Both the position numbers and the translations under genes were made by a program. Positions 5,817-15,199 of a stretch of 20,475 bases of DNA are shown here, one piece after another. Position 1 is the stretch's first letter. Each line of letters starts with the position of its first letter. Source of the DNA: Candidatus Zixiibacteriota bacterium (lineage in GTDB: Bacteria > Zixibacteria > MSB-5A5 > CAIYYT01); the NCBI GenBank assembly GCA_040235515.1, contig JBECKX010000110.1, positions 1 to 20,475 on the forward strand. The letters run 5' to 3'. The notes beneath the pieces are model-generated. The model was not told where the DNA came from. It ran no database searches and saw only the letters and a program-made list of their open reading frames with translations.

Positions 5817-8800
5817 ATGAGAAAAGACAACACTGAAATATTGAGACAACTGCTCAAGCAGCGCATCCTTGTGCTTGATGGCGCAATGGGGACTGCGATC
5901 CAGGCTCACACGTTAGCCGAGCACGATTTTCGGGGTGAGCGATTTGCGGATCATCCTGTAGATTTGCTGGGAAACAACGACCTGCTCTGCCTGACCAGAC
6001 CGGAGTTGATTGGCGAGATTCATCGCGGCTACCTAGCTGCCGGGGCGGATATCATCAGCACCAACACCTTCAATGGCACCCCGATCTCGCAGGCTGATTA
6101 TCAGACAGCCGACCTTGCTTACGAAATCAACGCAGCCGCCGGAAAGATTGCGCGATCGGTTTGCGATGAGTTTGAAGCCCGCGAGCCGCAGAAGCCGCGA
6201 TTTGTTGCGGGATCGATGGGGCCCACCAACAAGACCTGCTCGATCTCGCCCGATGTCAACAATCCCGGCGCGCGCAATGTCACATTTGATGAGATGCGTG
6301 ATGCCTACTATGAACAGGCGCGGGGACTGATCGATGGTGGCGTCGATATCCTGCTGGTCGAGACGATCTTCGATACACTGAACGGCAAGGCGGCAATCTT
6401 TGCAATCGAACAGTTGTTCGAGGAGCGCGGGGTCAGGCTGCCGATCTGGATTTCGGGGACGATCACCGATGCCAGTGGACGCACCCTTTCGGGACAGACA
6501 ACTGAAGCATTCTGGATTTCGATCGAACATTGTCGACCACTGATGGTTGGGCTCAACTGCGCGCTCGGGGCGGAGACGTTGCGACCCTATGTCGAAGAAC
6601 TCTCCGACAAGGCGGACACCTTTGTTTCGATCCACCCGAACGCCGGTCTGCCCAACGAGTTCGGCGGCTATGATGATACACCGGAATATATGGCGCGAGT
6701 CCTGCGCGACTTTGCGCAGAGCGGCTACCTGAACATCGTGGGCGGCTGCTGCGGAACAACAGCAGAACACATCAAAGCGATCGCTGAAGCAGTTGCGGGA
6801 ATCACGCCGCGCCAGGTACCGAAGCGGAAGCGCCTGCCTCGTTTCGCCGGACTGGAACCGCTGACTATCCGTCCTGATTCGCTCTTCGTCAATATCGGCG
6901 AGCGCACCAATGTGGCAGGATCTCGGAAATTCGCACGCCTGATCACCGAAGGCAGGTTTGAGGAAGCGCTTGAGATCGCAGCGTTGCAAGTGGAAAGCGG
7001 CGCGCAGATGATTGATGTCAATATGGATGAGGGGATGCTCGACTCCCGGCAGGCGATGGTGACATTCCTGAACCTGATCGCCTCCGAACCGGAAATCAGC
7101 AAAGTCCCGATCGTGATCGATTCCTCAAAATGGGAAGTGCTCGAAGCGGGCTTGAAGTGCATTCAGGGCAAGGGTGTCGTGAACTCGATTTCGATGAAGG
7201 ATGGGGAAGAGGAATTCCTGCGGCGCGCCCGGCTGGTTCGCAGATATGGCGCCGCAGTGATCGTGATGGCGTTCGATGAGAAGGGCCAGGCGGATACCTA
7301 CGAGCGCAAGGTCGAGATCTGCCGCCGCGCCTATGAGCTTCTGACTGAGAAGGTGGGTTTCCCGCCCGAGGATGTAATCTTCGATCCAAACATCTTTGCG
7401 GTCGCGACCGGCATCGAGGAACACAACAGCTACGCGGTAGACTATATCCGTGCTTGCAAGACTATCAAGAGCGAGCTGCCGTATGCTTCGGTCAGCGGCG
7501 GCGTCAGCAATCTTTCATTTTCCTTCAGAGGAAACAATGTCGTCAGGGAAGCAATGCACTCGGTCTTCCTCTATCATGCTATCGAAGCGGGTATGGATAT
7601 GGGGATCGTCAACGCGGGACAACTGGAAATCTACGACGACATCCCGCGCGACCTGCGCGATGTGGTGGAGGATGTGATCCTGAATCGCAGCGATGATGCC
7701 ACCAGCCGGTTGCTGGCAAAGGCCGAGGGCGTCTCGGGCAAGTCGGCGAGGAAGGCGAAGGATCTCAGCTGGCGTGAGGAAGCACCGACCGAGCGAATCA
7801 AGCATGCGCTGGTACATGGCATCGCCGATCATATCGAAGCGGATGTGATGGAGTCCTTAGAGGAGTTCGGGGACCCGCTCAAGGTGATCGAGGGGCCGAT
7901 GATGGAGGGGATGAATATCGTCGGTGACCTGTTCGGCGCCGGCAAGATGTTCCTGCCGCAGGTAGTGAAGTCGGCACGTGTCATGAAGAAGGGTGTGGCG
8001 GTGCTTGAGCCATTGATGGCCGAGGAAGCTGCCAGGAGTGGTGACGGGTCGAAGGGAGTCATCCTGATGGCCACTGTCAAGGGTGATGTACACGATATCG
8101 GCAAAAACATCGTTGGAGTGGTCCTGAGCTGCAATGGTTACAAGGTTATCGATCTGGGTGTAATGGTACCGGCGGACAAGTTGCTGCAGGTGGCGGCTGA
8201 GGAGAGCGTCGATATCATCGGTTTGAGTGGGCTGATCACGCCCTCCCTCGACGAGATGGTGCATGTCGCCCGCGAGATGGAGCGTCGCAAACTCACGACC
8301 CCGCTGCTGATCGGAGGCGCCACGACTTCCAAAATTCACACGGCGGTAAAGATCGATCCTGCCTATAGCGGTGTATGCGTGCATGTGACTGACGCTTCGC
8401 GTGCAGCGCCCGTCATCGGGAATCTGCTCAATCGCGAGAAGCGGGCGGACTATGTCAAGCGAGTGGCCGAAGCGCATGAAGCGATGCGACTCCAGCATGA
8501 GCAAAAACAAAACGACAAGAAGCTACTGACCATCGCCGAAGCGCGCGCGAACAAGACGCCGATAGAGTGGGGCAGATACACGCCGCCGCGACCGGCAAAG
8601 GCGGGGGTAACGACGTTCGCCGATTACCCACTTGACGAGTTGCGAGAGTATATCGACTGGACGCCGTTCTTCCAGGCCTGGGAGTTGTCCGGTACCTACC
8701 CTCGCATCTTCGAGAGCAAACGCCTCGGCGCTGAGGCGCGCCGGTTGTTTGACGACGCGCAGAAGTTGCTCGATCAGATTATCGCGGAACGTGCATTGCA

Positions 8801-9533
8801 GGCACGGGCGGTGGTTGGGTTGTTTCCGGCCAATTCGGTTGGAGATGACGTTGAAGTCTACACCGATGAATCACGCGCGGAGGTGCTGCATATCTTCCAT
8901 TTCCTGCGCCAGCAGCGAGAACTCGCCGGTGGGCGCCACAACGGCTCGTTGGCTGATTTCGTCGCTCCCGGCGACTCAGGTGTGCGAGACTACCTCGGGT
9001 TGTTTGCGGTCACTGCCGGAATCGGCGCCGAGGAATTGAATGCACGGTTCCGCGACCAGAATGATGATTACAGCGAGATCATGGCAAAGGTCCTGGCCGA
9101 CCGTCTGGCGGAAGCCCTCGCCGAGCGACTGCACCAGCGGGTTCGCACGGAGCTGTGGGGGTATGCTGTCAGTGAGAAACTGGATAACGAAGCGCTGATC
9201 GCCGAAGAATATCAAGGTATCCGCCCCGCACCCGGTTATCCGGCCTGTCCAGACCATACCGAGAAGCGTGACCTGTTCCGGTTGCTGGAGGCGGAGAAGA
9301 ACGCCGGGATCAGGTTGACGGAGAACTTCGCGATGCACCCGAATGCCTCTGTCAGTGGATTTTATTTTTCACATCCGCAGTCGCGCTATCTGCAGGTGGG
9401 CCGAATCGGACTCGATCAGGTGAAAGACTATGCTGATCGCAAAGGAATGTCGATAGCAGAAGTAGAACGTTGGCTCGCGCCGAATCTGGCGTATAATCCG
9501 ACAGAGCAGGATATCACGCCCGTCAAATCGTAG
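5817..9533 (+). CDS. metH: Cobalamin-dependent methionine synthase
   Basis: 1238 aa with all four modules: Hcy/Zn-binding (LDGAMGT, GLNCALG, GGCCGT), pterin-binding ([10 protein letters not shown]), B12-binding ([34 protein letters not shown]) and SAM-activation ([15 protein letters not shown]). Confidence 0.99.
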   Translation: MRKDNTEILRQLLKQRILVLDGAMGTAIQAHTLAEHDFRGERFADHPVDLLGNNDLLCLTRPELIGEIHRGYLAAGADIISTNTFNGTPISQADYQTADLAYEINAAAGKIARSVCDEFEAREPQKPRFVAGSMGPTNKTCSISPDVNNPGARNVTFDEMRDAYYEQARGLIDGGVDILLVETIFDTLNGKAAIFAIEQLFEERGVRLPIWISGTITDASGRTLSGQTTEAFWISIEHCRPLMVGLNCALGAETLRPYVEELSDKADTFVSIHPNAGLPNEFGGYDDTPEYMARVLRDFAQSGYLNIVGGCCGTTAEHIKAIAEAVAGITPRQVPKRKRLPRFAGLEPLTIRPDSLFVNIGERTNVAGSRKFARLITEGRFEEALEIAALQVESGAQMIDVNMDEGMLDSRQAMVTFLNLIASEPEISKVPIVIDSSKWEVLEAGLKCIQGKGVVNSISMKDGEEEFLRRARLVRRYGAAVIVMAFDEKGQADTYERKVEICRRAYELLTEKVGFPPEDVIFDPNIFAVATGIEEHNSYAVDYIRACKTIKSELPYASVSGGVSNLSFSFRGNNVVREAMHSVFLYHAIEAGMDMGIVNAGQLEIYDDIPRDLRDVVEDVILNRSDDATSRLLAKAEGVSGKSARKAKDLSWREEAPTERIKHALVHGIADHIEADVMESLEEFGDPLKVIEGPMMEGMNIVGDLFGAGKMFLPQVVKSARVMKKGVAVLEPLMAEEAARSGDGSKGVILMATVKGDVHDIGKNIVGVVLSCNGYKVIDLGVMVPADKLLQVAAEESVDIIGLSGLITPSLDEMVHVAREMERRKLTTPLLIGGATTSKIHTAVKIDPAYSGVCVHVTDASRAAPVIGNLLNREKRADYVKRVAEAHEAMRLQHEQKQNDKKLLTIAEARANKTPIEWGRYTPPRPAKAGVTTFADYPLDELREYIDWTPFFQAWELSGTYPRIFESKRLGAEARRLFDDAQKLLDQIIAERALQARAVVGLFPANSVGDDVEVYTDESRAEVLHIFHFLRQQRELAGGRHNGSLADFVAPGDSGVRDYLGLFAVTAGIGAEELNARFRDQNDDYSEIMAKVLADRLAEALAERLHQRVRTELWGYAVSEKLDNEALIAEEYQGIRPAPGYPACPDHTEKRDLFRLLEAEKNAGIRLTENFAMHPNASVSGFYFSHPQSRYLQVGRIGLDQVKDYADRKGMSIAEVERWLAPNLAYNPTEQDITPVKS

Positions 9534-9580
9534 GCACAGTTAAGAGCCGACATGGAATTGAAAGCAAGGAAAGCAAGCCA

Positions 9581-10528
9581 GTGTACGTCATAGAACATCT
9601 TGAGCGCGCCCGCAATCCGCTATTCAGCTACGAGATTATCCCGCCACCCCGGGGGAAGAGCGCGAAGGATATCCTCGACATCGTGGAACAACTGCTGCCG
9701 TTCGAGCCACCTTTCATCGATGTGACCAGTCATGGTGCGGAAGCCAGTTATGAGGAGCTTGATGACGGCACGATTCGTCGACGTGTGCGCAAGAAGCGTC
9801 CCGGGACGATCAGCATCTGCGGCATCATTCAGAATCGATTCGGCATCGATACCGTGCCCCACCTGCTTTGCCACGGTTTCTCCAAGGAGGAGACCGAGGA
9901 TGCCATGATCGAGCTGAACTACCTCGGCATCCACAATGTGCTGGCGGTCAGAGGCGACGAACTCAACAGTCCGACCGGCAAACAGAACGGCGGCACGAAT
10001 CATTATGCCTGCGATCTGGTGACCCAGCTCAACAATCTCAAGCAGGGGATATATCTTGAGGATATCGCCAACTCATCACCGATCGAGTTTTGTATCGGAG
10101 TGGGTGGTTATCCTGAAAAGCATATAGAAGCTCCGAATTTCAAGACGGATATCGAGTACCTGAAACGCAAAGTAGCCTGCGGCGCCGACTACATCGTGAC
10201 TCAGATGTTCTTCGATGCGGAGGACTTCATCAGATACGAGCAGCGCTGCCGTGAAGCGGGTATCACCGTGCCGATTATCCCGGGGCTGAAGATCCTCAAC
10301 TCGAAGCGGCAACTGACGTCGCTTCCGAAGAACTTCCATATCAACCTGCCTGAAGCGCTCGTCGATGAGGTGATGGAGAACCCCGATCATGTCAAGGAAA
10401 TCGGCGTGAACTGGGGACTCAGCCAGTGCGAGAAACTGCTCAATCACGGTGTGAAGTGCCTCCACTTCTACGTCATGAATGATGCGGCATCGGTGAGTGA
10501 AGTGATCAGACAGCTACGTAAAGACTGA
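9581..10528 (+). CDS. metF: 5,10-methylenetetrahydrofolate reductase
   Basis: 315 aa, GTG start 47 nt after metH. Motifs FSYEIIPP, FIDVTSH, VPHLLC, NVLAVRGD, GYPEKH, GADYIVTQMFFD, PIIPG and LHFYVMN. Confidence 0.96.
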   Translation: MYVIEHLERARNPLFSYEIIPPPRGKSAKDILDIVEQLLPFEPPFIDVTSHGAEASYEELDDGTIRRRVRKKRPGTISICGIIQNRFGIDTVPHLLCHGFSKEETEDAMIELNYLGIHNVLAVRGDELNSPTGKQNGGTNHYACDLVTQLNNLKQGIYLEDIANSSPIEFCIGVGGYPEKHIEAPNFKTDIEYLKRKVACGADYIVTQMFFDAEDFIRYEQRCREAGITVPIIPGLKILNSKRQLTSLPKNFHINLPEALVDEVMENPDHVKEIGVNWGLSQCEKLLNHGVKCLHFYVMNDAASVSEVIRQLRKD

Positions 10529-10652
10529 CCCGCCTCCCGGGTTTGTTCGCCTCCCGGCATGCGGTCAGCCGGTGGCGCCACGATCTGGTGGTGTGCAGCT
10601 CGCCGACCGACGGTCTGTACTACCTGAACTTATCTATCTAACTATCTAGCTA

Positions 10653-10680
10653 TTGACATCAGAGCCCAACTCCGTACATT
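10653..10680 (+). promoter_or_regulatory. Putative sigma70 promoter of the large secreted protein gene
   Basis: TTGACA (10653-10658), 16 nt, TACATT (10675-10680). SD AAAGGA precedes the ATG at 10726. Confidence 0.6.
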
Positions 10681-10725
10681 GTTGTATGTAGATTCTGCTG
10701 TCTACGATACAAGAAAGGATTGGTT

Positions 10726-13593
10726 ATGCGCTATCTATGGGCACTGCTTGGGGTATTGGTGCTGGCACAAAGCGGGATGGCAGCCGTGATTCTTGTGCCG
10801 CAAGATCAACCGACGATACAGGGGGCAATCAACGTTGCAGCCAGCAATGACACTATCAGAGTTGCGCCCGGTTCCTATACCGGCTCATTCGATTTTGGAG
10901 CAAAAGGGATCCGCCTGGAATCCTCGGCGGGACCATACCTGACCTCGCTGGTGCCGACTTCAACCTTTCTCGCGAAAGCCGGGAACACCGGAGGCGCGCC
11001 GGTGGAGATCTCCGGTTTCTCAGTAACCACCACTGCGGTGACGAACCTGATCATTCTGACCAGTGCAAACAATGCAATCATCGAAGACAACTTCATACAT
11101 GACATAACTGCGCAGGAGGCGATTATTCGGTGCCAATCGTCCAATGTAATCATCAGAAGGAACATCTTCGCGTTCAATGTCGTGGGTCATGCTTGTATCG
11201 GGTTGCTGTCTCAGAACAACCAGGTCTACAACAATACGTTTTATGGCAACGGTAGAGGTTTCTATTCACAGGCCAGCGGCAACGTTGCATTCAATAATAT
11301 CGTCGTCAACTCAACCCAATACGGCATCTACGGTAACTATGCGCGGCTCGACTACAATTGCGTGATAGGGAATAATCCCAACTACACCGACGGCGCAGCT
11401 CCGGGAGTTCACAGCATCTCGGCCGATCCCGGCCTGCAGTCACCGGAGGCTTACATTTTCTCACTGCTCATTGACTCTCCCTGCGTGGACGCCGGCGACC
11501 CTTCACCTCAGTACTTCGACCTGGATGGCAGCGTCTCCGATATTGGCGCGGTACCGTTCAATCATAACTTCCCATTACCATCGGCAGTGAGAGTAGGCGC
11601 GCACGACAACATCCATGTCCTTGAGACAAGCCCGTTGATCAGCTGGGACTATGTGAATCCGGAAGGGCCGCCGCAGGGAGGATTCGAGATCGAGATTGGA
11701 ACCGATCCCACCTTCACGTCGGCTGTACTGTGGCAGAGCGGAGTTGTTGCATCGAATGTCGGTGAAGTACAGTATGCCGGAGTACCGCTGGAACGAAGTA
11801 CTACCTATTATGGTCGACTTCGTCTGACCGACTTAACCGACGTGGATGATGAGAGCGGATTCGGCGATTGGAGCTTCTTCAGTTTTCACATGAATACGCT
11901 CCCGGTACCTCCGGTCCCATCAGGACCTTTGCCCGGTTCCGTGCATTCGGTGTTGGATGTGATCCTCGAGGTGAGCAATGGAACGGACGCAGAGGGTGAC
12001 CGACTGTTGTACGAGTTTCAGGTTAGCAGCGACCCTCAGTTCATAAATGTGGTAGCTACCGATCCGGCGATTGAGGAGGGGGAGCAGTTCACGAGCAGCA
12101 GACGAGTGCCCAACCTGGAAATGGACGAAGTCTACCGGTGGCGCTGCAGAACGCATGACGGCTATGAGTACTCCGACTGGAGTAGCGACACATATTTCCT
12201 GACTCGTTCGCCCCGCACATTTCTGGTGCCGGGGGATTTCGATTTCATTCCGGATGCCGTGACGGCTGCCATCCACCAGGATACGATTATGGTGAAGCCC
12301 GGCGCATACAATGAACTGATCGAGTTCGAGAACAAGAGCCTGGTGCTCCGGTCTCAGATGGGCCCCGAAGCTACAACTCTTACTACCTCCCACAGTCAGC
12401 CGGTGACTTTCATCACGCTCAACGGTAGCGATGTCGCTCCGGTTGAGCTATTCGGGTTTACAATCGTCAGCGAAGCCCAACAGGCGGCTATTGATGCCGT
12501 TCCGGGTACGACTGCGAGGATTCATCACAATCGGTTTATCGGGGGAAGGGGCACTGATGTCCTGATCAAGTCGAGGGGTGACTATGTGGAGATCGATCAC
12601 AACCTCTTTACCGAAAACATTGTTGACGGCGCCTGTGTGCGCATTCTATCGGGAGTTGCCCGGATAATCAATAATACGTTCTACGACAACTCGAACGGCT
12701 TTGAATCTCAGACTGCGCTGACAGTTGCGAAGAATAACATCGTCGTGAAGTCAACATTGTACGGTGTGAGCGGTTCCTATGCACAACTGGACTATAATGA
12801 TGTCTACAACAATTACTTCAACTACTATGGGGGCACGACATTTCCGGGAGCTAATTCGCTCTCGGTTTCTCCGTTGTTCAGAGATGCACTCAACGGCGAT
12901 TTCAGGCTCTCACCCGCTTCCCCCTGTATCGACGCGGGTGATCCGATACCGACCTACAACGACCCGAACGGCACGCGCAATGACATAGGGGCGTTTCCGT
13001 TCGACGATGTCGCACCGGCTCCATTCGGTCTGCTTGAGCCGATCGACCAGATCGCCGCGCCATTGGTCACTCTCACTCCGATATTCTCGTGGGAAGAATC
13101 GATGCTCCCCGGAAGTGAGGTCGCGGTGAAGTATACGCTTGAGCTTTCCACCGACAGCAGTTTCAACTACATCTGGCGAATAACCGACCTGACCGAAACG
13201 ACTCTGCTGTTACCCGGCGAGCTGGAGTGGGGAAAACGTTATTGGTGGCGCGTGATAGCGATTGGCGAGGTAGGACTCTCCACGCAGTCAAACGAGGTGT
13301 CTCGGTTCCGTACCATGACACTCGGTGATGCCGATAACAGTGGCAGACTCGACATTACGGACGCGGTCTACCTGATCAACTACATCTTCGCAGGTGGGGC
13401 GGCGCCGAATCCGATTGTGGCTGGGAATATGAACTGCGACAACAGAATCAACATCACCGATGTCGCCTATCTGATCAATTACATCTTCGTCTCCGGACCG
13501 GAACCTTGCTCAGACTGGGCAACACCGGCGGCTGCTTCAGCTTCCGGCGGGGAGAGTCAAGTCAAGATCGGCTTCTCTGCTTCAGCTGACTAG
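10726..13593 (+). CDS. Secreted multidomain protein: two right-handed beta-helix (pectin-lyase-fold/NosD-like) modules, three Ig/FN3-like domains, C-terminal dockerin-like double EF-hand repeat
   Basis: Signal peptide MRYLWALLGVLVLAQSGMA. Two modules follow the pattern VP-x-D...IQxAI...GxY...NNTFYxN...NNIVVxST-x-YG...SPCxDAGDP...DIGAxPF. Ig/FN3-like segments include LWQSGVV...YYGRLR, YRWRCR...YSDWS and YWWRVIA. Dockerin-like repeats are GDADNSGRLDITDAVYLINYIF and GNMNCDNRINITDVAYLINYIF (13321-13509). ATG 10726 is preferred over TTG 10720 on SD spacing. Confidence 0.85.
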   Translation: MRYLWALLGVLVLAQSGMAAVILVPQDQPTIQGAINVAASNDTIRVAPGSYTGSFDFGAKGIRLESSAGPYLTSLVPTSTFLAKAGNTGGAPVEISGFSVTTTAVTNLIILTSANNAIIEDNFIHDITAQEAIIRCQSSNVIIRRNIFAFNVVGHACIGLLSQNNQVYNNTFYGNGRGFYSQASGNVAFNNIVVNSTQYGIYGNYARLDYNCVIGNNPNYTDGAAPGVHSISADPGLQSPEAYIFSLLIDSPCVDAGDPSPQYFDLDGSVSDIGAVPFNHNFPLPSAVRVGAHDNIHVLETSPLISWDYVNPEGPPQGGFEIEIGTDPTFTSAVLWQSGVVASNVGEVQYAGVPLERSTTYYGRLRLTDLTDVDDESGFGDWSFFSFHMNTLPVPPVPSGPLPGSVHSVLDVILEVSNGTDAEGDRLLYEFQVSSDPQFINVVATDPAIEEGEQFTSSRRVPNLEMDEVYRWRCRTHDGYEYSDWSSDTYFLTRSPRTFLVPGDFDFIPDAVTAAIHQDTIMVKPGAYNELIEFENKSLVLRSQMGPEATTLTTSHSQPVTFITLNGSDVAPVELFGFTIVSEAQQAAIDAVPGTTARIHHNRFIGGRGTDVLIKSRGDYVEIDHNLFTENIVDGACVRILSGVARIINNTFYDNSNGFESQTALTVAKNNIVVKSTLYGVSGSYAQLDYNDVYNNYFNYYGGTTFPGANSLSVSPLFRDALNGDFRLSPASPCIDAGDPIPTYNDPNGTRNDIGAFPFDDVAPAPFGLLEPIDQIAAPLVTLTPIFSWEESMLPGSEVAVKYTLELSTDSSFNYIWRITDLTETTLLLPGELEWGKRYWWRVIAIGEVGLSTQSNEVSRFRTMTLGDADNSGRLDITDAVYLINYIFAGGAAPNPIVAGNMNCDNRINITDVAYLINYIFVSGPEPCSDWATPAAASASGGESQVKIGFSASAD

Positions 13594-13612
13594 TCCTGCG
13601 ACTACGATCCAG

Positions 13613-13644
13613 ACCGGGCATCTGACCGGGTGCCCGGTGCTTTC
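13613..13644 (+). terminator. Probable intrinsic terminator
   Basis: ACCGGGCATCT-GACC-GGGTGCCCGGT hairpin (11 bp including 2 G-U pairs) followed by GCTTTC, 19 nt after the stop. The U-tract is short. Confidence 0.55.
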
Positions 13645-13760
13645 ACCAGAATTCAAAGCCAGGCAACAGTATCAATACTTTTGGGCGGCGCAATCCGCTC
13701 GAATTGCGTCAAAATCCGCATAACTCCTTAAATTACAAAAAGAAGCGTCGATACAATTAG

Positions 13761-13796
13761 AAACGGTTGGACAACCGCTTGTGAAAAAAGTATCTT
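13761..13796 (+). promoter_or_regulatory. Putative leaderless sigma70 promoter with a palindromic operator over the -35
   Basis: TGGACA (13768-13773), 17 nt, TATCTT (13791-13796), with the ATG 7 nt later. Palindrome AAACGGTTG-GA-CAACCGCTT at 13761-13780. Confidence 0.6.
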
Positions 13797-13802
13797 ATTA
13801 GT

Positions 13803-15191
13803 ATGATTAAGGTAGCTGACGCATCCGATGTTATCAACCCGCTTCTGTTGCAGCCGGGGAGTGTGATCTACTCGGCTGGAAACGCAGCAACGCCGCAGGT
13901 GCTGCTTGAGCAACTGGCCAATGACCTCTCAATCAAACATGTCGATATCTACTCGGTTTTACCGCTCGGGGAACGTATCGCAAAGCTCTACTCGGAGGAG
14001 CGCTGCCGCGAAATTACGCATCGAGTGATTTTCAATAGCAGAATCACGCGTGAGGCGGTCAATCGCGGCTGGGCATACTACCACCCGCTGCACTTATCCG
14101 AGATCCCCCGGTATATCCACAGCCATATGCACCCCAATGTCGTGCTTCTGTCGGTAAATGGTCCCGACCGGGCCGGGAACTACTCGCTCGGAACGACTGT
14201 CGAAGGGGTCGCCGCGGCTATCCAGTATGCCAATCGGCATGGTGGTATCGTAGGCGCCGAACGCAATGAGCGCATGCCGTTCGTGCTGGGCACGACAATC
14301 CCTGAGAGCGCCATTGACTACCTGATCGATGTCGATTATCCGTTGCCGGCGAGTCCAGTCCATGAACCGGATATTACCGCGAGCAGGATTGGGGAGATCA
14401 TCGCCGCGCTTTACATCAAAGATGGTTCTGGAAGTGAGCCTGGTTCGACTCTGCAATATGGAATCGGTGAGGTCCCCGAGGCGGTTACTGACGCAATCCT
14501 GAAGAAGGGCGTACGTGATCTGGCAATTCATACCGAGTTGCTGGCGGACGCGATGGTGCGGTTGATCACCAAGGGGGTTGTCACCAACCGTTGGAAACAG
14601 CACCTCAACTTCTCGGTGGCTTCGATATTTCTGGGAGAGAGCCAGGATACCTACGACTGGCTTCACTACAACAGTTCCGTGCAGAGCCGCCCCTGCAACT
14701 ACACCAATAGTGTGTACAAGATATCTGAGCAGCCCCGCATGGTTTCGATCAACAGCGCCATCGGAGTGGACCTGCATGGCAACATCTGGGCCGATTCGCT
14801 CGATGCGCGAAAAATTTACTCCGGCGTCGGGGGACAGTCAGACTTCATTCGTGGAGCGCAATACTCGCCCGGCGGGGTGGCGATTATTGCCCTCAAGTCT
14901 ATGACCAAGCAGGGGATCTCGAAGATTGTCGATCGTTGTCCTGCCGGTATCACTACAACCGCCACTCCCTTCGACAAGGTGATCATCGTTACCGAGTATG
15001 GTGCGCTCGATCCGCGCGGGCTGAGTCTGGGTGAACGGGCGGTGGGGATCGCTCATCTGGCGCATCCGAAGGAACGCGACAAGCTGCTCAAGATGATCAC
15101 CGACAGCCCGGAGTTCCACAAACCCGATACGACTGATGACCGCACCCCCGGGTTTACGTCGTATGAAGAAGCGATCAAGCAGGTGGGGTAA
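13803..15191 (+). CDS. Acetyl-CoA hydrolase/transferase family protein (4-hydroxybutyrate CoA-transferase Cat2/AbfT-like)
   Basis: 462 aa. Motifs PLHLSEIP, GNYSLG, TLQYGIGEVPEAV, HTELLAD (catalytic Glu position), SINSAIGVDLHG, YSGVGGQSDFIRGA, IVTEYG and IAHLAHP. Confidence 0.88.
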   Translation: MIKVADASDVINPLLLQPGSVIYSAGNAATPQVLLEQLANDLSIKHVDIYSVLPLGERIAKLYSEERCREITHRVIFNSRITREAVNRGWAYYHPLHLSEIPRYIHSHMHPNVVLLSVNGPDRAGNYSLGTTVEGVAAAIQYANRHGGIVGAERNERMPFVLGTTIPESAIDYLIDVDYPLPASPVHEPDITASRIGEIIAALYIKDGSGSEPGSTLQYGIGEVPEAVTDAILKKGVRDLAIHTELLADAMVRLITKGVVTNRWKQHLNFSVASIFLGESQDTYDWLHYNSSVQSRPCNYTNSVYKISEQPRMVSINSAIGVDLHGNIWADSLDARKIYSGVGGQSDFIRGAQYSPGGVAIIALKSMTKQGISKIVDRCPAGITTTATPFDKVIIVTEYGALDPRGLSLGERAVGIAHLAHPKERDKLLKMITDSPEFHKPDTTDDRTPGFTSYEEAIKQVG

Positions 15192-15199
15192 CGAGTCGG

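Noticed and set aside
6033..9338. Long antisense and alternate-frame ORFs within metH (e.g. 6033-6989, 7857-8510)
   Set aside because: They are shadow ORFs of a GC-rich, highly conserved gene and have no recognisable motifs.
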